Assembly: GCF_024521635.1 (NCBI RefSeq)
Contig: NW_026250446.1
Coordinates: 124,001 to 161,189, forward strand
DNA: 37,189 bases
Source: Tricharina praecox
Lineage: Eukaryota
Reading direction: 5' to 3'
Below are positions 1 through 10,533 of the stretch, piece by piece. A model generated the notes under the pieces. That model ran no database searches. It was given only the letters and a program-made list of their open reading frames with translations, and was not told the origin of the DNA. The position numbers and the translations under genes were made by a program. Each line of letters starts with the position of its first letter. Position 1 is the first letter of the stretch.

Positions 1-155
1 GTATTGTGGCAGGAACGGGGGAGATGGTGTGGGAAGGAAGGAAGGTTGGTTGTCGTCGAACGATTTCTAAGAGTAGCAGAGCCTCCGCGAGTCCTCACCG
101 TCAATAGCATCTGGGAGTTGAGGGTCGTTTGCGCAGGCATGATTTAGCGTCAACA
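1..155. mobile_element. LTR (family C), cut by the window edge
   Basis: Ends in TCAACA at 155. Clearly homologous to 2365-2592 (shared GAGCCTCCGCGAG and CTGGGAGTTGAGGGTCGTTTGCGCAGGC). Confidence 0.7.
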
Positions 156-470
156 CGCTCGTCGGCTGGTACATCACGTGTGACGTGGCAATCGATGGGG
201 TCAAACACGGTCCGAAACCACCAAATGGAATAGATGACGAGCGCAACTGGACGAGCGCGTACAGCGGCTATTGTCCTTCCGGCTACACAATAGTCGACGA
301 AAAACTACCACTCGTGGAAGAACGACATCACGATGGTCCTCAGCGGCGAAGATGAGCTCAATATCTTACTCGGACAGAAGATCCTCCCAATGCGAATGCG
401 ACGGCCGCTACGAGAGTACCATGTCGCAAACGGAGTAGAAGCGCAGCGACGATGATCTACTCATCGGTGC
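156..470 (+). pseudogene. Copia-type leader and degenerate gag N-terminus
   Basis: From 303: NYHSWKNDITMVLSGEDELNILLG, then a frameshift to TEDPPNANATAAT...AATMIYSS. Matches the Copia gag N-terminal pattern NYxxW...L...G.E..P. Confidence 0.6.
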
Positions 471-479
471 CTCCACTAT

Positions 480-734
480 CGGGGAACCGCAACTCGGTCA
501 GCACACTCGCGGCGAGTGCACCTCGCCCGGTATCCCATCGGGGACAATCTTCTCGGCGAGTGCACCTTGGCCAGCGACCTATCAGCGAGCGCCGCAGCGA
601 GTATCCCATCGGAGACCCTTCTTTCGGCGAGTGAAACTCGGCTAGTATCCTATCGAGGATCTTACGATTGGCGACTGCACCTCGGCCAGTATCCCATCGG
701 GGACCATATATCGGCAAACGGCAACTCGGCCAGT
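480..734. repeat. Degenerate ~43-44 bp minisatellite (about 5 copies)
   Basis: Recurrent unit GGCGAGTGCACCTCGGCCAGTATCCCATCGGGGAC...; copies start near 511, 555, 626, 670 and 713. Confidence 0.75.
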
Positions 735-1734
735 GGTTGAGAGAGAAAGCTCTTCGACTCCTGGGAAAAGATAGAGATGTTCCTGTTTCATTTCGCATGC
801 AGCCCATCTAGACTATGGCGAACCAACGAACTCCTTTTCGTGCCCGCCCTGGCCAGTCGAGATGAAAGTCCCGGTACTGGCCTGTCCGATGCGCCACCCC
901 ACTTTCCCCGCCCATCCGCCTCGGGCCGACACAAGCAAAAAGTAGAAAGTAGATTGACAGTAAAGAGCGGTATGGGCCTACATGCCCGCTTGCCCGCTCC
1001 TCCTGCTGCCCCCTCACCTCTCTCCCTCGTCCTCCGCTTCCGCTCTAAAAACAAACTATCACCCCGTATCCTCCTCTCCTACTTCCTCGCATCAGCTGCG
1101 GACGCAGTACCCTGTTGGGCACTCTTGCTCTGCCCCCGATGCGGTTCTATCGCACTCTGCGAGAACTGTCGTCAAAAAAGCGAAATACGGAGCCCGAGTG
1201 CGAACGTGTGATCGAAATTTCGTGGGTCCGGACAAGGCAGGATGAAAGGCCGATCCAGTAGGAGAAAAGAGGTGAAAAATCAGCACAGGCAAGAAAAGGT
1301 GTGATGATGGTATCGCTGCTTCTAGACGAGGAAGGCTACCAACAGGAGGTGCGGGTTTCCGTCGCTGAGCATCCGTGACGAGTCTGTCTTGCGACCAACC
1401 GAGCCCATCTCCTTCGTCCAGCGTTTCTCATATCTTGTAGAATAGGAAATACTATTTTAGGAAATGCGAGAGATACATACACATCTTCAGGCTACCTGAG
1501 AGGCATTTGAAACCGGGCATAATTTCTGCTCCCGCAGCACTGGGCGAGTGACTACCCAACATGCGAATGCTAATCCATCGGTTGTTGACGACGCACAGCA
1601 GCAAAGCAGCCTTCGCACGGCAAAAAAACTCGTCCCCTCGCGCAGCGGTCAGGAAGACGACGTTTTTTCAGAGGAAAACCCGTAGGTAAAAAACCTCACC
1701 ACGTAACCTGTGGCCATGGAATGTCAGGGGGAGT

Positions 1735-2340
1735 TCACTCACCTCTGCTCGTTGCACCGACGGTCCACCCCATACGTCCGCAGATCGTATTGAGCGTGGC
1801 CCCGCCCTCCGCCACCAACACCAGCCTCTCCTTCGCCGCCGCACGCCTCTTGATATCTACAGCATCCCAAAGCTGCTGAGGAAAGGTGCTAACTTTCCTC
1901 TGCCGCTTTGCGAGCAAAGCAAGAAGCGGACATGTCTCGTAGACGCCAATCCGGCGGGCGACGTCTACTGGCCGCTCGGAGAGGCGGGGCTGACGGCCTC
2001 GTCTAGCGAGCGGCGACTCGCCCTCCAACCTCACGGGCTCACCGATGCACACTGCGCCTGAAACAATCATGAGCGAGGGAAATAGATATGCGCAAGGGTG
2101 AGAAACTTACATCCGTGAGGAAACCGTCGGTCGTAGGCTTCCCGACGCCGGTGGCGGGTCAGCACTTGCAAGTACTTGCGGAGCTGGTTCTTCCTGTCAG
2201 TCTGCGTAATTATGCCACCATTAATGAAATGCGCGGACTTACATCCTTGGATCTCATCGCGCCGCGCCTCACCTCCTCTATGGCCAGCTCGATGGCTGCC
2301 AGGATCTCTGCGGTCGATGCGGTGTGAGCAAAATCTATCA
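1735..2340 (-). pseudogene. Decayed spliced gene fragment, unknown product
   Basis: Two canonical ~50-nt introns on the minus strand (GTAAGT...CTGACAG and GTAAGT...TTTCAG). The spliced frame DFAHTASTAEILAAIELAIEEVRRGAMRSKD/EEPAPQ... runs into stops. Lies next to the LTR at 2365. Confidence 0.35.
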
Positions 2341-2364
2341 GGGCATAGTATCACCTGATTCTCA

Positions 2365-2592
2365 TGTTGAATGGTAATTGGAAAGAAATGTTTTGGTGGG
2401 AAGGAAGAAAGTAATCAAGGGGATTGTCGCTATCTGGATTGTGATAGTAACAGGAGGGATGTAGTGGGAAGGAAGGAAGGAAGGATCTCTGTGGTGAACT
2501 ATTTATAAGAGTAGCTGAGCCTCCGCGAGCCCTCGGCATCAATAACACCTGGGAGTTGAGGGTCGTTTGCGCAGGCGTGATTTACTCTAACA
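2365..2592. mobile_element. LTR (family C), 228 bp, followed by ~90 bp of the same leader as copy 1
   Basis: TGTTGA...TAACA termini. Homologous to 1-155, and homology continues into 2593-2680 (GTCGGCT.GTACATCACGTG). Confidence 0.72.
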
Positions 2593-3765
2593 CTGTTACC
2601 ACGCCAGTCGGCTAGTACATCACGTGGCAATCGAGGTGGCTCAAACGCAGTCCGGAACCACGAAATCAACCAGACGACGAGGACACACTCCGCTTACAGC
2701 GGATGCTGTCCATCAGGCGGCAAGATTCCGTCCTCATTTCGCCAGCCCGGAAGATTGCAGTCCTTGTTCGCCTGGGCCCGGTAACCTCAAAGATGCACTG
2801 GACGGACGGTTAACCGCCCTGTCTGTGGCCATCGGCTGTCACTCGTCAATGACTGGGTGTTGTAACATATCACTCTGTGTGCTTTAGGCAAGCCGTTGTT
2901 CACATGCTGCGGGTAGACCGTCAAGTGAGCACAGCGATGCCGTAGAGTCTCCCCTTAGGAGGATAGCGGGGAAAGTGGCCGTGGACAGGGTCATAGCCGC
3001 GGAAACGGGCTCGGGGGATGTGGATAAGTATCTACGAGGGGTAAATTCGGAGTGGCTTGCGAGGGCCGCTCGCGGATCGGTTCGTCGGTGAATAACAGAT
3101 CTTTGATGTGTTCACACGTCTTGGAGGAAGGCCGTGAGTTAGGGAGCCGGGTATTCCACACAGAGCCAGTGTTCTGGAAGACTGGAATTTGGACGTTGAA
3201 GAGCAAAGCGGGAAACTTGGGCCGCCATAGTCTCACATATGCTTACTGCGAGTATGACTATAAAAAAGATCAAGATGATGGTGAAATATGTATTGATCGA
3301 CCTAAAGAAGTGCAGAGCTCCGGTCTGAATTTCGCAGCCCCTGATGCCAGGTGACCAAGGAGTCGATTGAGATATCAAACCCTTGGAGCGACACCGACCC
3401 GCGTTGGGCATGTGAGTTGTAGAGACCAGAAAGACAATGCGTGTCCATGTATCATCGTTGAACGCTGTTGTTTTTGCCCAGCTGTATCTTTCTACCGGAA
3501 TTCATGACACCATTATAGATGCATCCTGTTTGTTTGCTTTCTATGTTCACTTTCATCGCTACAAGCCCGCGTAAATGCTCGTTCGGGCTCTTAATCTTCT
3601 CCATCAGCTCACTACACATACCGGACATCGAGACACCCACCTCTTTTCACATCTGCTACGACCTTCGACAGTTCCGACGCCACTACAGCACTCACCAGTA
3701 CTACCGGCTTCAACCAGCTAATTCTACTACTTCCATCACACAACCGCGGCTGTTCTACCATCGAC

Positions 3766-3957
3766 ATGACCTTCTGGACCAAATGTCCATTTTGCCTGAA
3801 ACCAGTCGAGAATGGCACGGGATGCAAGATGATAGCTTGCGGTCACGCCTGCATCCACAGGGTCTGTCTCTTCTACCACTCAGAGAAGACCAGTGATGGA
3901 CGCAAACACTTGTGCCCTCGCTGTTTCGCGCGGACCCGCGTTGCGCTAGCTGGATAA
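3766..3957 (+). CDS. 63-aa RING-finger-like microprotein
   Basis: MTFWTKCPFC...MIACGHACIHRVC...LCPRC: CxxC, CGHxC and CPxC ligand pattern of RING-type zinc fingers. An equal-length paralog at 13011-13202 supports a real coding origin. Confidence 0.6.
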   Translation: MTFWTKCPFCLKPVENGTGCKMIACGHACIHRVCLFYHSEKTSDGRKHLCPRCFARTRVALAG

Positions 3958-4058
3958 TTTCGCTGGCGCCTATCGCCGTTTTATACCAGAGGACCAGAGG
4001 TGCGGCGTGGGGGGGGGGGGGGGGGAGGGGGGGGCTATTAGTTGCAGAATCTGGGGGG

Positions 4059-4934
4059 CAGTTTAAATGAACAGGTTTTGACGAGGATGATCTAGTTTTT
4101 GAAAATAATGCGTAGGATGATCTAGGTTTTTTGTCAGGTTTTGACGAGGCCGATCCAGTTTTCCCCATCACGCGCTCAGCTGCCATGCTGCGCCACAGCG
4201 CCAGCGTGCCAGCGTCAGAAAAGAATACAAGAGAGAAAACATCATTAATTGATGGTCGTTTGCAGCATTACTAGACTATACAAAGTTAGACTCCGCGGAG
4301 AGTAAAAGTGCCTTTGGATACGCCTTTCTGCACGTAGAGGCATAATGGCCTATGCCTTTGCATGTTGCGCAGCGGGGTGGGGCAGGGTCTGGAATACTCG
4401 GTAACCCCCCCATGCTCCTGCTGGTATTTCCTTCTCATTCACACTTAGTCATCCGCTTCTTTGGTGGCCGCCCTTTAGGAACACGGGTGAGTGGTAGTTA
4501 ACATTGTGCCACCTCTTCCTCCACCTCCTCCTCCACCACCTCCTCCGCCTCCCCTCCCTCCTCCTCCTCCCCCTCGGATCGCTGCATGTGCTTCACGATG
4601 CTTATTTTCCATCGAGGCTGGTGGCATTGCAGCATTGTATGCTGTGATCCAGCTATGCCGTGACAATTAATCAGGCATGAAAGCTATCGGGATCTTCTTA
4701 ACAGCTTGGATAACTGTCACGGCGTGGCAGCGTGGAGCATTGTTATATCTTGCCAGCGAATACACGTGCAAGTAGGCTGTGTGAGGTTTACGCTGGTGTG
4801 CTGGCGTTGTGGCGCTGTGGCGCCGCAGGGCAGTTGAGCACTTAACTAGACAGACAAAAAAACTGGATCATGCTCCACATTAAATTCGAAAACTAGATCA
4901 TCTTCGTTAAAACCCGTTAAATGAAATAAACCTG
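4059..4934 (-). mobile_element. Internally deleted Mutator-like element (MULE) with ~140-150 bp imperfect TIRs
   Basis: 4070-4135 (AACAGGTTTTGACGAGGATGATCTAGTTTTTGAA...) is the inverted homolog of 4853-4918, and 4180-4215 of 4790-4833. Exact ends and TSD not resolved. Confidence 0.7.
4300..4790 (-). pseudogene. MULE transposase C-terminal remnant (SWIM finger, GRPxKKR motif, CCHC knuckle)
   Basis: Minus-strand translation: VNLTQPTCTCIRWQ.../APRCHAVTVI (SWIM, frameshifted), PLTRVPKGRPPKKR, and RCATCKGIGHYASTC (CX2CX4HX4C). Stops and a GGA microsatellite interrupt it. Confidence 0.72.
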
Positions 4935-5227
4935 TGATTGTAACAGACAACAAACTCTTTTGCGCGTGATTCCGAGCTTCATCACCCGAGATCCCGACAA
5001 ATGGGGCAGGGAGACAGAGTCAGCTGCTAGTTAGACGGAATCCGGTGGTATTTCGATGGCAGACACTTGGGGGCCTGGGTCGGGTTCGAGTCCGTTCTCT
5101 GGTAAGGATATATTCGGCAGCCTTCTCATTCTCGGGCGCCTTCCGGGCCGCGCTCCACAGGATCTACATCATGAGCCTTAGCTCGTTACTGTTGTAATAT
5201 CTCACTCGTTATCATCGCGGGCTCGGA

Positions 5228-5454
5228 TGTCAGGAAAAGTGGTATCGCGAGATGGTATATTGAGTATCAGACACGACAGAAAGAAAAGTATATATACAGA
5301 AAGGCTCGGGGATGCCTCGGATAGAGGCCCCACGCTGCCGCTCGGCACCTCCGTGTGAGAACGGATAACGGAAGTATCCCGACATAGCGAGTGATCTTGC
5401 ATGACCCGGTCCGCGGAAGTGACGCGGTACACAGAAGTTCGTGAGATTATGACA
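5228..5454 (-). mobile_element. 3' LTR of Copia element B (227 bp)
   Basis: TGTCA...TGACA termini. Preceded on the minus strand by polypurine tract GCAGGAGAGGGAAG. Contains TATATATA. Lies downstream of the minus-strand pol. Confidence 0.8.
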
Positions 5455-5722
5455 CTTCCCTCTCCTGCTGTGTTGCGTACAATGAAAGGAGATAAGCAGC
5501 AACAAGATAAATGATGAAAAGAAATGTGCCCTATCCTCGCTGGCATCGTTAAAACCTATGCAGTAAACCTTCGTGGGAAAAATCTGCTAGGAAAGAGTAT
5601 CAGCTCACAACATGCCGAACATAAACAGTAAGATATCCGAACGAGATCCAAATGAGAACCAAAAGAAGAAGAAGAAGAAAATGAAAACCATGAAAGAAAA
5701 AGGGTCGGAACGATGAAAAAAG

Positions 5723-7205
5723 TTATTGTGTGCGTAGACCGATCCGGTTGGTGAAGTAGGCGTGCTTGTCGGGGCCGAGCGCCTTGGTCATGAGATCGGC
5801 AAGGTTCTCGTCGGTGGAGACTCGTGAGAGATTCACAATTCCTTTCGAGTGTAGGTCGCGACTGTTATGAACGCTTATGTCGATGTGCTTGGTTTTGGTG
5901 CTCGAGACTTCCGAGTAAATCGTCGATAAAGCGCCTTGTGAGTCTGTATACAGTAGAGGTACTCCAGTCTCGCCGGTGACATCTCTGTGGAGATATGTAA
6001 GGCATTGAGCCTCTTTGGCCGCTTCTGAACAGGCTAGTTATTCTGCTTCGGTGGTGGATGTCGCGACAAGAGTCGGTTTCCGCCAGGAGATGGGTCCGCG
6101 GTGTAGGGTGAAAATGTAGCCTCCTTGAGATTTCCGATCCGCCGAGTCCGCCGCAAAGTCTGAGTCCGTGTAGCCGCATAATGTACTGTCCGAGTCGACA
6201 GATGCATTGCTCGGGAAGATGAGTTTTGCATCGATCGTGGTCTTCAGGTATCGCAATGCTCGCTTTGCGCCAGATAGGTGCGCCGTATACGGTTTTGCGT
6301 TGTACCGACTGAGAGCGGCGACGGTGTAGGTGATATCTGGACGAGTTCCACGGGCCGCATACATCAGGCTGCCGATCATTGACTGGTATTCCGCAGTATC
6401 CACTTCCGAGTCTGTTTCATCTGCCACATCGAGCCGTACTTTGTGGTATAGGGGAGTCGGAACCGGATTCGAGTCTTCCATGCCGAAGCGATGCAGAATA
6501 ACCTTAATGTAGGCTTGTTGACTAAGGGTGATCGACCCATCTGCAAGTCGGTCAATCTCAAGACCGAGAAATTGCTTCGCAGGCCCAAGGTTTGTCATCT
6601 TGTACTGACGCATCAGTGATTCCTTCACTCCCGTGGTATTGGCGGTGGCAGAGTCCATGTAGACAACCAGCATGTCGTCGACGTAGAGCAGCAATAGGAC
6701 GCCATCGCTCCGGATGTAGAGGTTGGGGTCCGCGTTCGATGGATAGAAACCAATCGACAGTAAGAACTATCAATAGCTTGGTACCATAGTCTCGGTGCTT
6801 GCCGTAGGCCGTAAAGAGCCTTATTGAGGCATAGGAATTGATGTTCGGTTGCGGTTGCCGTCTTCTCGAGCCATTCGATTCCTTCCGGGAGCTGCAGGTA
6901 AACTTCTGCATCGATTTCGGGGTTGAGAAACGCGGTAACAACTTCGAGATGATCGATTCGGCAATGGTTCCGCGCTGCAAAACTCAGTAAATACCGTATA
7001 GTAGTCAACTTACCAACAGGTGCGTATGTATCACTGAAGTCAATTCCTTCTCGTTGCTCATAGCCTTTCATGACGGGCCTAGCTTTGTAGCGTAGACTTC
7101 CGTTGGGGTTCCGCTTGGTTTTGTAAATCCATTTGCAACCAATAGGCTTATGGCCATCCGTGTCAGGAACGGACGTGAATGTGTTATTCTCGATTAGCGA
7201 AGCAT
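5723..7205 (-). pseudogene. Copia B pol remnant (reverse transcriptase RVT_2 + RNase H)
   Basis: IGCKWIYKTK, YKAR, LNKALYGLRQAPRLW, LLYVDDML, TRPDI, YTDSDFA, STTEAE*, KTKHIDI, NLADLMTKAL. Contains a premature stop at 6038-6040 and a frameshift. Cut at 7205. Confidence 0.93.
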
Positions 7206-8316
7206 TGTAACACCGGGGTGGTTCACAGTTGGCACGCTCACAGCAGCGGGCAGAGACAGTCTACTGATCAGAAGAGAACAGCACTTGTACAATGGCAGTG
7301 AACTAAACGTGGACACCCAACTGATTCGCACGGCGGCTTGTTCTTGGAAACAACTGAAAAGGGTTGATGATTGGATAATCACGAATAGGGAGAGAGAGTA
7401 AATCCAAGAGTAACAATGTCTGATTGTTATGGCTTAACTCCCAGTGATGGTAGTCGATGCCTTCTCTACGACGGAAAGTCGTCGGTCTTTATATTGGCAC
7501 AGCTCACCCCGCCTGATGTCTAACTATGAGCGCTCGGGAGAGTATTACCTCGGTAATACACAAGGGTATCTCGTGCGAGATGTGGACGATGGTTCTAGGC
7601 ACTGGGTCTTCGGGTACCGAACCCTTGTCTATCTTCGATTTTGGTGTTTCCGAGCTGAACTCGTATGCACCCTTGAGTTGGTCGGCGACTACAAACGACG
7701 GAGCCGCAGCCTATTGGCTCGATGACTTCCGTGTCCTTCCGGTGACTACTATCTCGCAGATAGTATGCATCTCCTCATTGTCTATGACGTGTCTCAAGTG
7801 CTGTAGCAATCGCAGTATGACTGCAGAAGTATGTATATGCAACTTGACGAGTTTTGATCAAACTTCTCCAAAGTACTGACAGATGACAGGCTTCCCCTCA
7901 TATACCCACCGGGTACATTTTGCCTCGCCTGTCCGGCACAACCGTTCGAGGGTTATTTTGATACCCAAATAAAACTTTATTTGTATGGGAAACGACAACT
8001 GGTATGCTTTTACTATGGTGATCACGGAGGATAACCTTTGACAACCGGCACGTCTTGGTGAGATTTTTAACAGGTTTCTCAAGGTGATTGAGCGCACTCC
8101 CAGAATTACGAATGAGTCCATAGCCACCCTCCACAAGGTTAGTGGCTATCTCTGTGAGGTTCGAATCTCAATCACGCGATATCACTCGCCTCAAATCCTC
8201 GGATTCTGGCTGAGTTCTTCCAATGACTGCCCATAGTAATGGCTGATGATAACCAACAGCAATACCAATTTATTCCCATATGCCTGAGGTATGTTGCCAG
8301 CTCGCTGGGTGTAACA
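7206..8316 (-). mobile_element. Solo LTR (~1.11 kb), probably of a Gypsy-type family
   Basis: Termini TGTAACACC...GGTGTAACA (TG...CA with imperfect 9-bp IR). Minus-strand AATATAAAG near 7490. No credible coding content. Flanks AGCAT and ATTAT do not match. Confidence 0.65.
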
Positions 8317-8389
8317 ATTATCAGGTCATACAGACGTACATGCCGGCCCGCGGCCGTTGAGAAGATTTACCCGGAGGCGAATCATCACC

Positions 8390-9998
8390 GCTACCGCACT
8401 GGCTGTGGCAGCCAGTGAAGATCCCTAGTCATACCGCGAGGCTCTAGAGAGCCCGCTATATCGATGTTGGATAAAGGCTATGCGTCAAGAATACGCATCG
8501 CTAACTGAGAACAGCACGTTCACACCAGTCACAGATACTGACAGCAGCAAAGCTGTCGGCTGCAAATGGGTGTACAAAACCAAGCAAAATCCAGATGGAT
8601 CAGTCAGATACAAGGCAAGATTGGTCGTCAAAGGCTACGAGCAAGTCGCGGGAACTGACTTTGATGAAACGTATGCACCAGTAGGTAAGTTTACTACCCC
8701 ACGTTACCTACTCAGCTTTGCCACGCAGAAAAATTGGAATATCGATCATCTGGATGTCGTCACCCGCATTTCTCAATCCCGCGATCGACACCAAGATGTA
8801 CATGCAACTACCGGACGGCATAGAATGGCTAGAGACACCGCCTGGAACCTCAACTGAAGTACCTGGCCAGTGTCGGTTCCTACGTCTTAACAAGGCTCTC
8901 TATGGTCTCCGGCAAGCACCTAAGCTATGGCACGACGATATCAGCGGATTCCTGCTCTCGCTGGATCTCCACCGGTCGGAAGCAGATGGCAACCTCTACA
9001 TCCGTAGCGACGGGATTCTGAAACTACTCTATGTTGATGATATTGTAATGCTATATGCCACAGAGTCATCGGACAAGGCCACCGGCATCAAGCATAGTCT
9101 AATGCAGAAGTATAAAATGACAAATCTTGGACCGGCAAAGCGGTTTCTCGGCCTCAAGATCGATCGACTACCGGACGGCAGCATCGCCCTTAGTCAGGAA
9201 GACTATATCACCTCGATGCTACGGCGATTCAACATGACCGATGCGAATACTATCGACATGCCACTGCACCACAAGACCCACCTGGACGACATGCCAGCCA
9301 CCGAACAAGAAGCGTACTCTTCACTATATCAGTCAATTGTCGGAAGCATTATGTACGCCGCACTCGGTACTCGGCCCGACATCGCTTATGCAGTTGCAGT
9401 TCTCAGTCGGCACAACTCGAAGCCATTCCCATGGCATCTCACTGCCGCGAAACAGGTTCTACGCTATCTTCGGGGCACCACCGACGCAGTTTTGGTCTTC
9501 CCCGGCAGATCAGCAGATACAAGCCCCCTCGACGGCTACACAGACTCCTACTACGCCATGGATAGAGTCGATAGAAAAAGCCAAGGGGGCTACATCCTTC
9601 ATATCAATGGTGCTCCTATCTCGTGGCAATCAAGGAAGCAGAGGCTTATTGCTCTATCTACTACCGAGGCGAAGTGCATTGCCTGCTCTGAGGCGACTAG
9701 GGAGGCCAGATGGCTCCTCCGGATGCACCAACAAGTTACCGGCCAAGATTCTACCCCATGACCAATCTACACTGATTCTGTCGGCGCCCTGAAGAAAATC
9801 ACCGCGGGCACAGGAAGCGCAAAAACCAAGCATATCGACATCCAGTACCATAACTGCCGCGGCCTCCACTCGAGAGGAATAGTCAAATTCTCACATGTCG
9901 CCACGGATGACAACCTTGCCGACCTCATGACAAAGGCCATCGTTCCTACCAAGCACTGGCACTTCACCACCAGCATTGGCCTTCGCACCGGTAAATGA
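8390..9998 (+). pseudogene. Copia A pol remnant (reverse transcriptase RVT_2 + RNase H)
   Basis: EDP*SYREAL, VGCKWVYKTK, YKARLVVKGYEQ, LNKALYGLRQAPKLW, LYVDDI, TRPDIAYAV, YTDS, KTKHIDIQYH, NLADLMTK. Frameshift near 8765 and stops near 8427 and at 9759. Confidence 0.94.
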
Positions 9999-10276
9999 TG
10001 ATATTCTATTTCTCATCAGACTTTGCCGGGCTCGCTCATCAGACTTTGCCGGCCCGCTCATCAGAGTTCACCTGGCCGTCGTCGAGACTCTTCCGCCGCC
10101 AAACCTTACCTGAGATCTCCGGGCGACCAAAGTTTGACAAAATGTATTCAATTTTCTATTTTTTCTTTCTTTCATGGAGGAGCTGGTACTCTTTCCTACA
10201 CAGGTTTCTCCCACTGGATTTACCGGTAGGTTTTAGGGAGGCCAGCGAGGATGTTGCATATATATGTTCCTTCTTC

Positions 10277-10336
10277 TTTTCATCATCTCTCTTTTCTTTT
10301 CATCATCTCTCTTTTCTTTTCATCATCTCTCTTTTC
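10277..10336. repeat. 3 x 20-bp tandem repeat in the Copia A 3' UTR
   Basis: TTTTCATCATCTCTCTTTTC three times. A separate CTCATCAGACTTTGCCGG duplication lies at 10012-10052. Confidence 0.9.
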
Positions 10337-10395
10337 TCGTCTCTTACTTCTTGGCTTGCTACTACCGTATGGACGGAACGCAGCAAGGGAGGAAG

Positions 10396-10533
10396 TGTTG
10401 TAATATCTCACTTGTTATCATCGCAGGCTCGGGCACGGGCCTCCGCCCCTTTCCTATACTCGACGCTACAGCCTCCCTTCTCTAGACACAATAGACATAC
10501 TGTAATTCATCCATTCAGTCACTGTTCACAACA
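10396..10533 (+). mobile_element. 3' LTR of Copia A (138 bp)
   Basis: TGTTG...CAACA termini, preceded by polypurine tract GCAAGGGAGGAAG (10383-10395) and followed by TSD GTTAC. Confidence 0.88.

Larger units (their letters stand above)
5190..10533 (+). mobile_element. Ty1/Copia element A: outer boundaries, internally rearranged
   Basis: 5-bp TSD GTTAC at 5185-5189 and 10534-10538. 5' LTR stub 5190-5227 matches the start of the 3' LTR at 10396 (TGTTGTAATATCTCAC.. 35/38 identical). Confidence 0.85.

Noticed and set aside
1..2592. LTRs at 1-155 and 2365-2592 as the 5' and 3' LTRs of a single element
   Set aside because: Both are followed by the same leader, they are substantially diverged, and no pol or polypurine tract lies between them.
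2858..2880. TGTTGTAACATATCAC resembling the start of the Copia A LTR
   Set aside because: Similarity is limited to ~16 bp, with no polypurine tract or matching LTR end identified.
5040..5105. tRNA/SINE-like B-box (GGGTTCGAGTCC)
   Set aside because: No convincing cloverleaf or correctly spaced A-box could be built.
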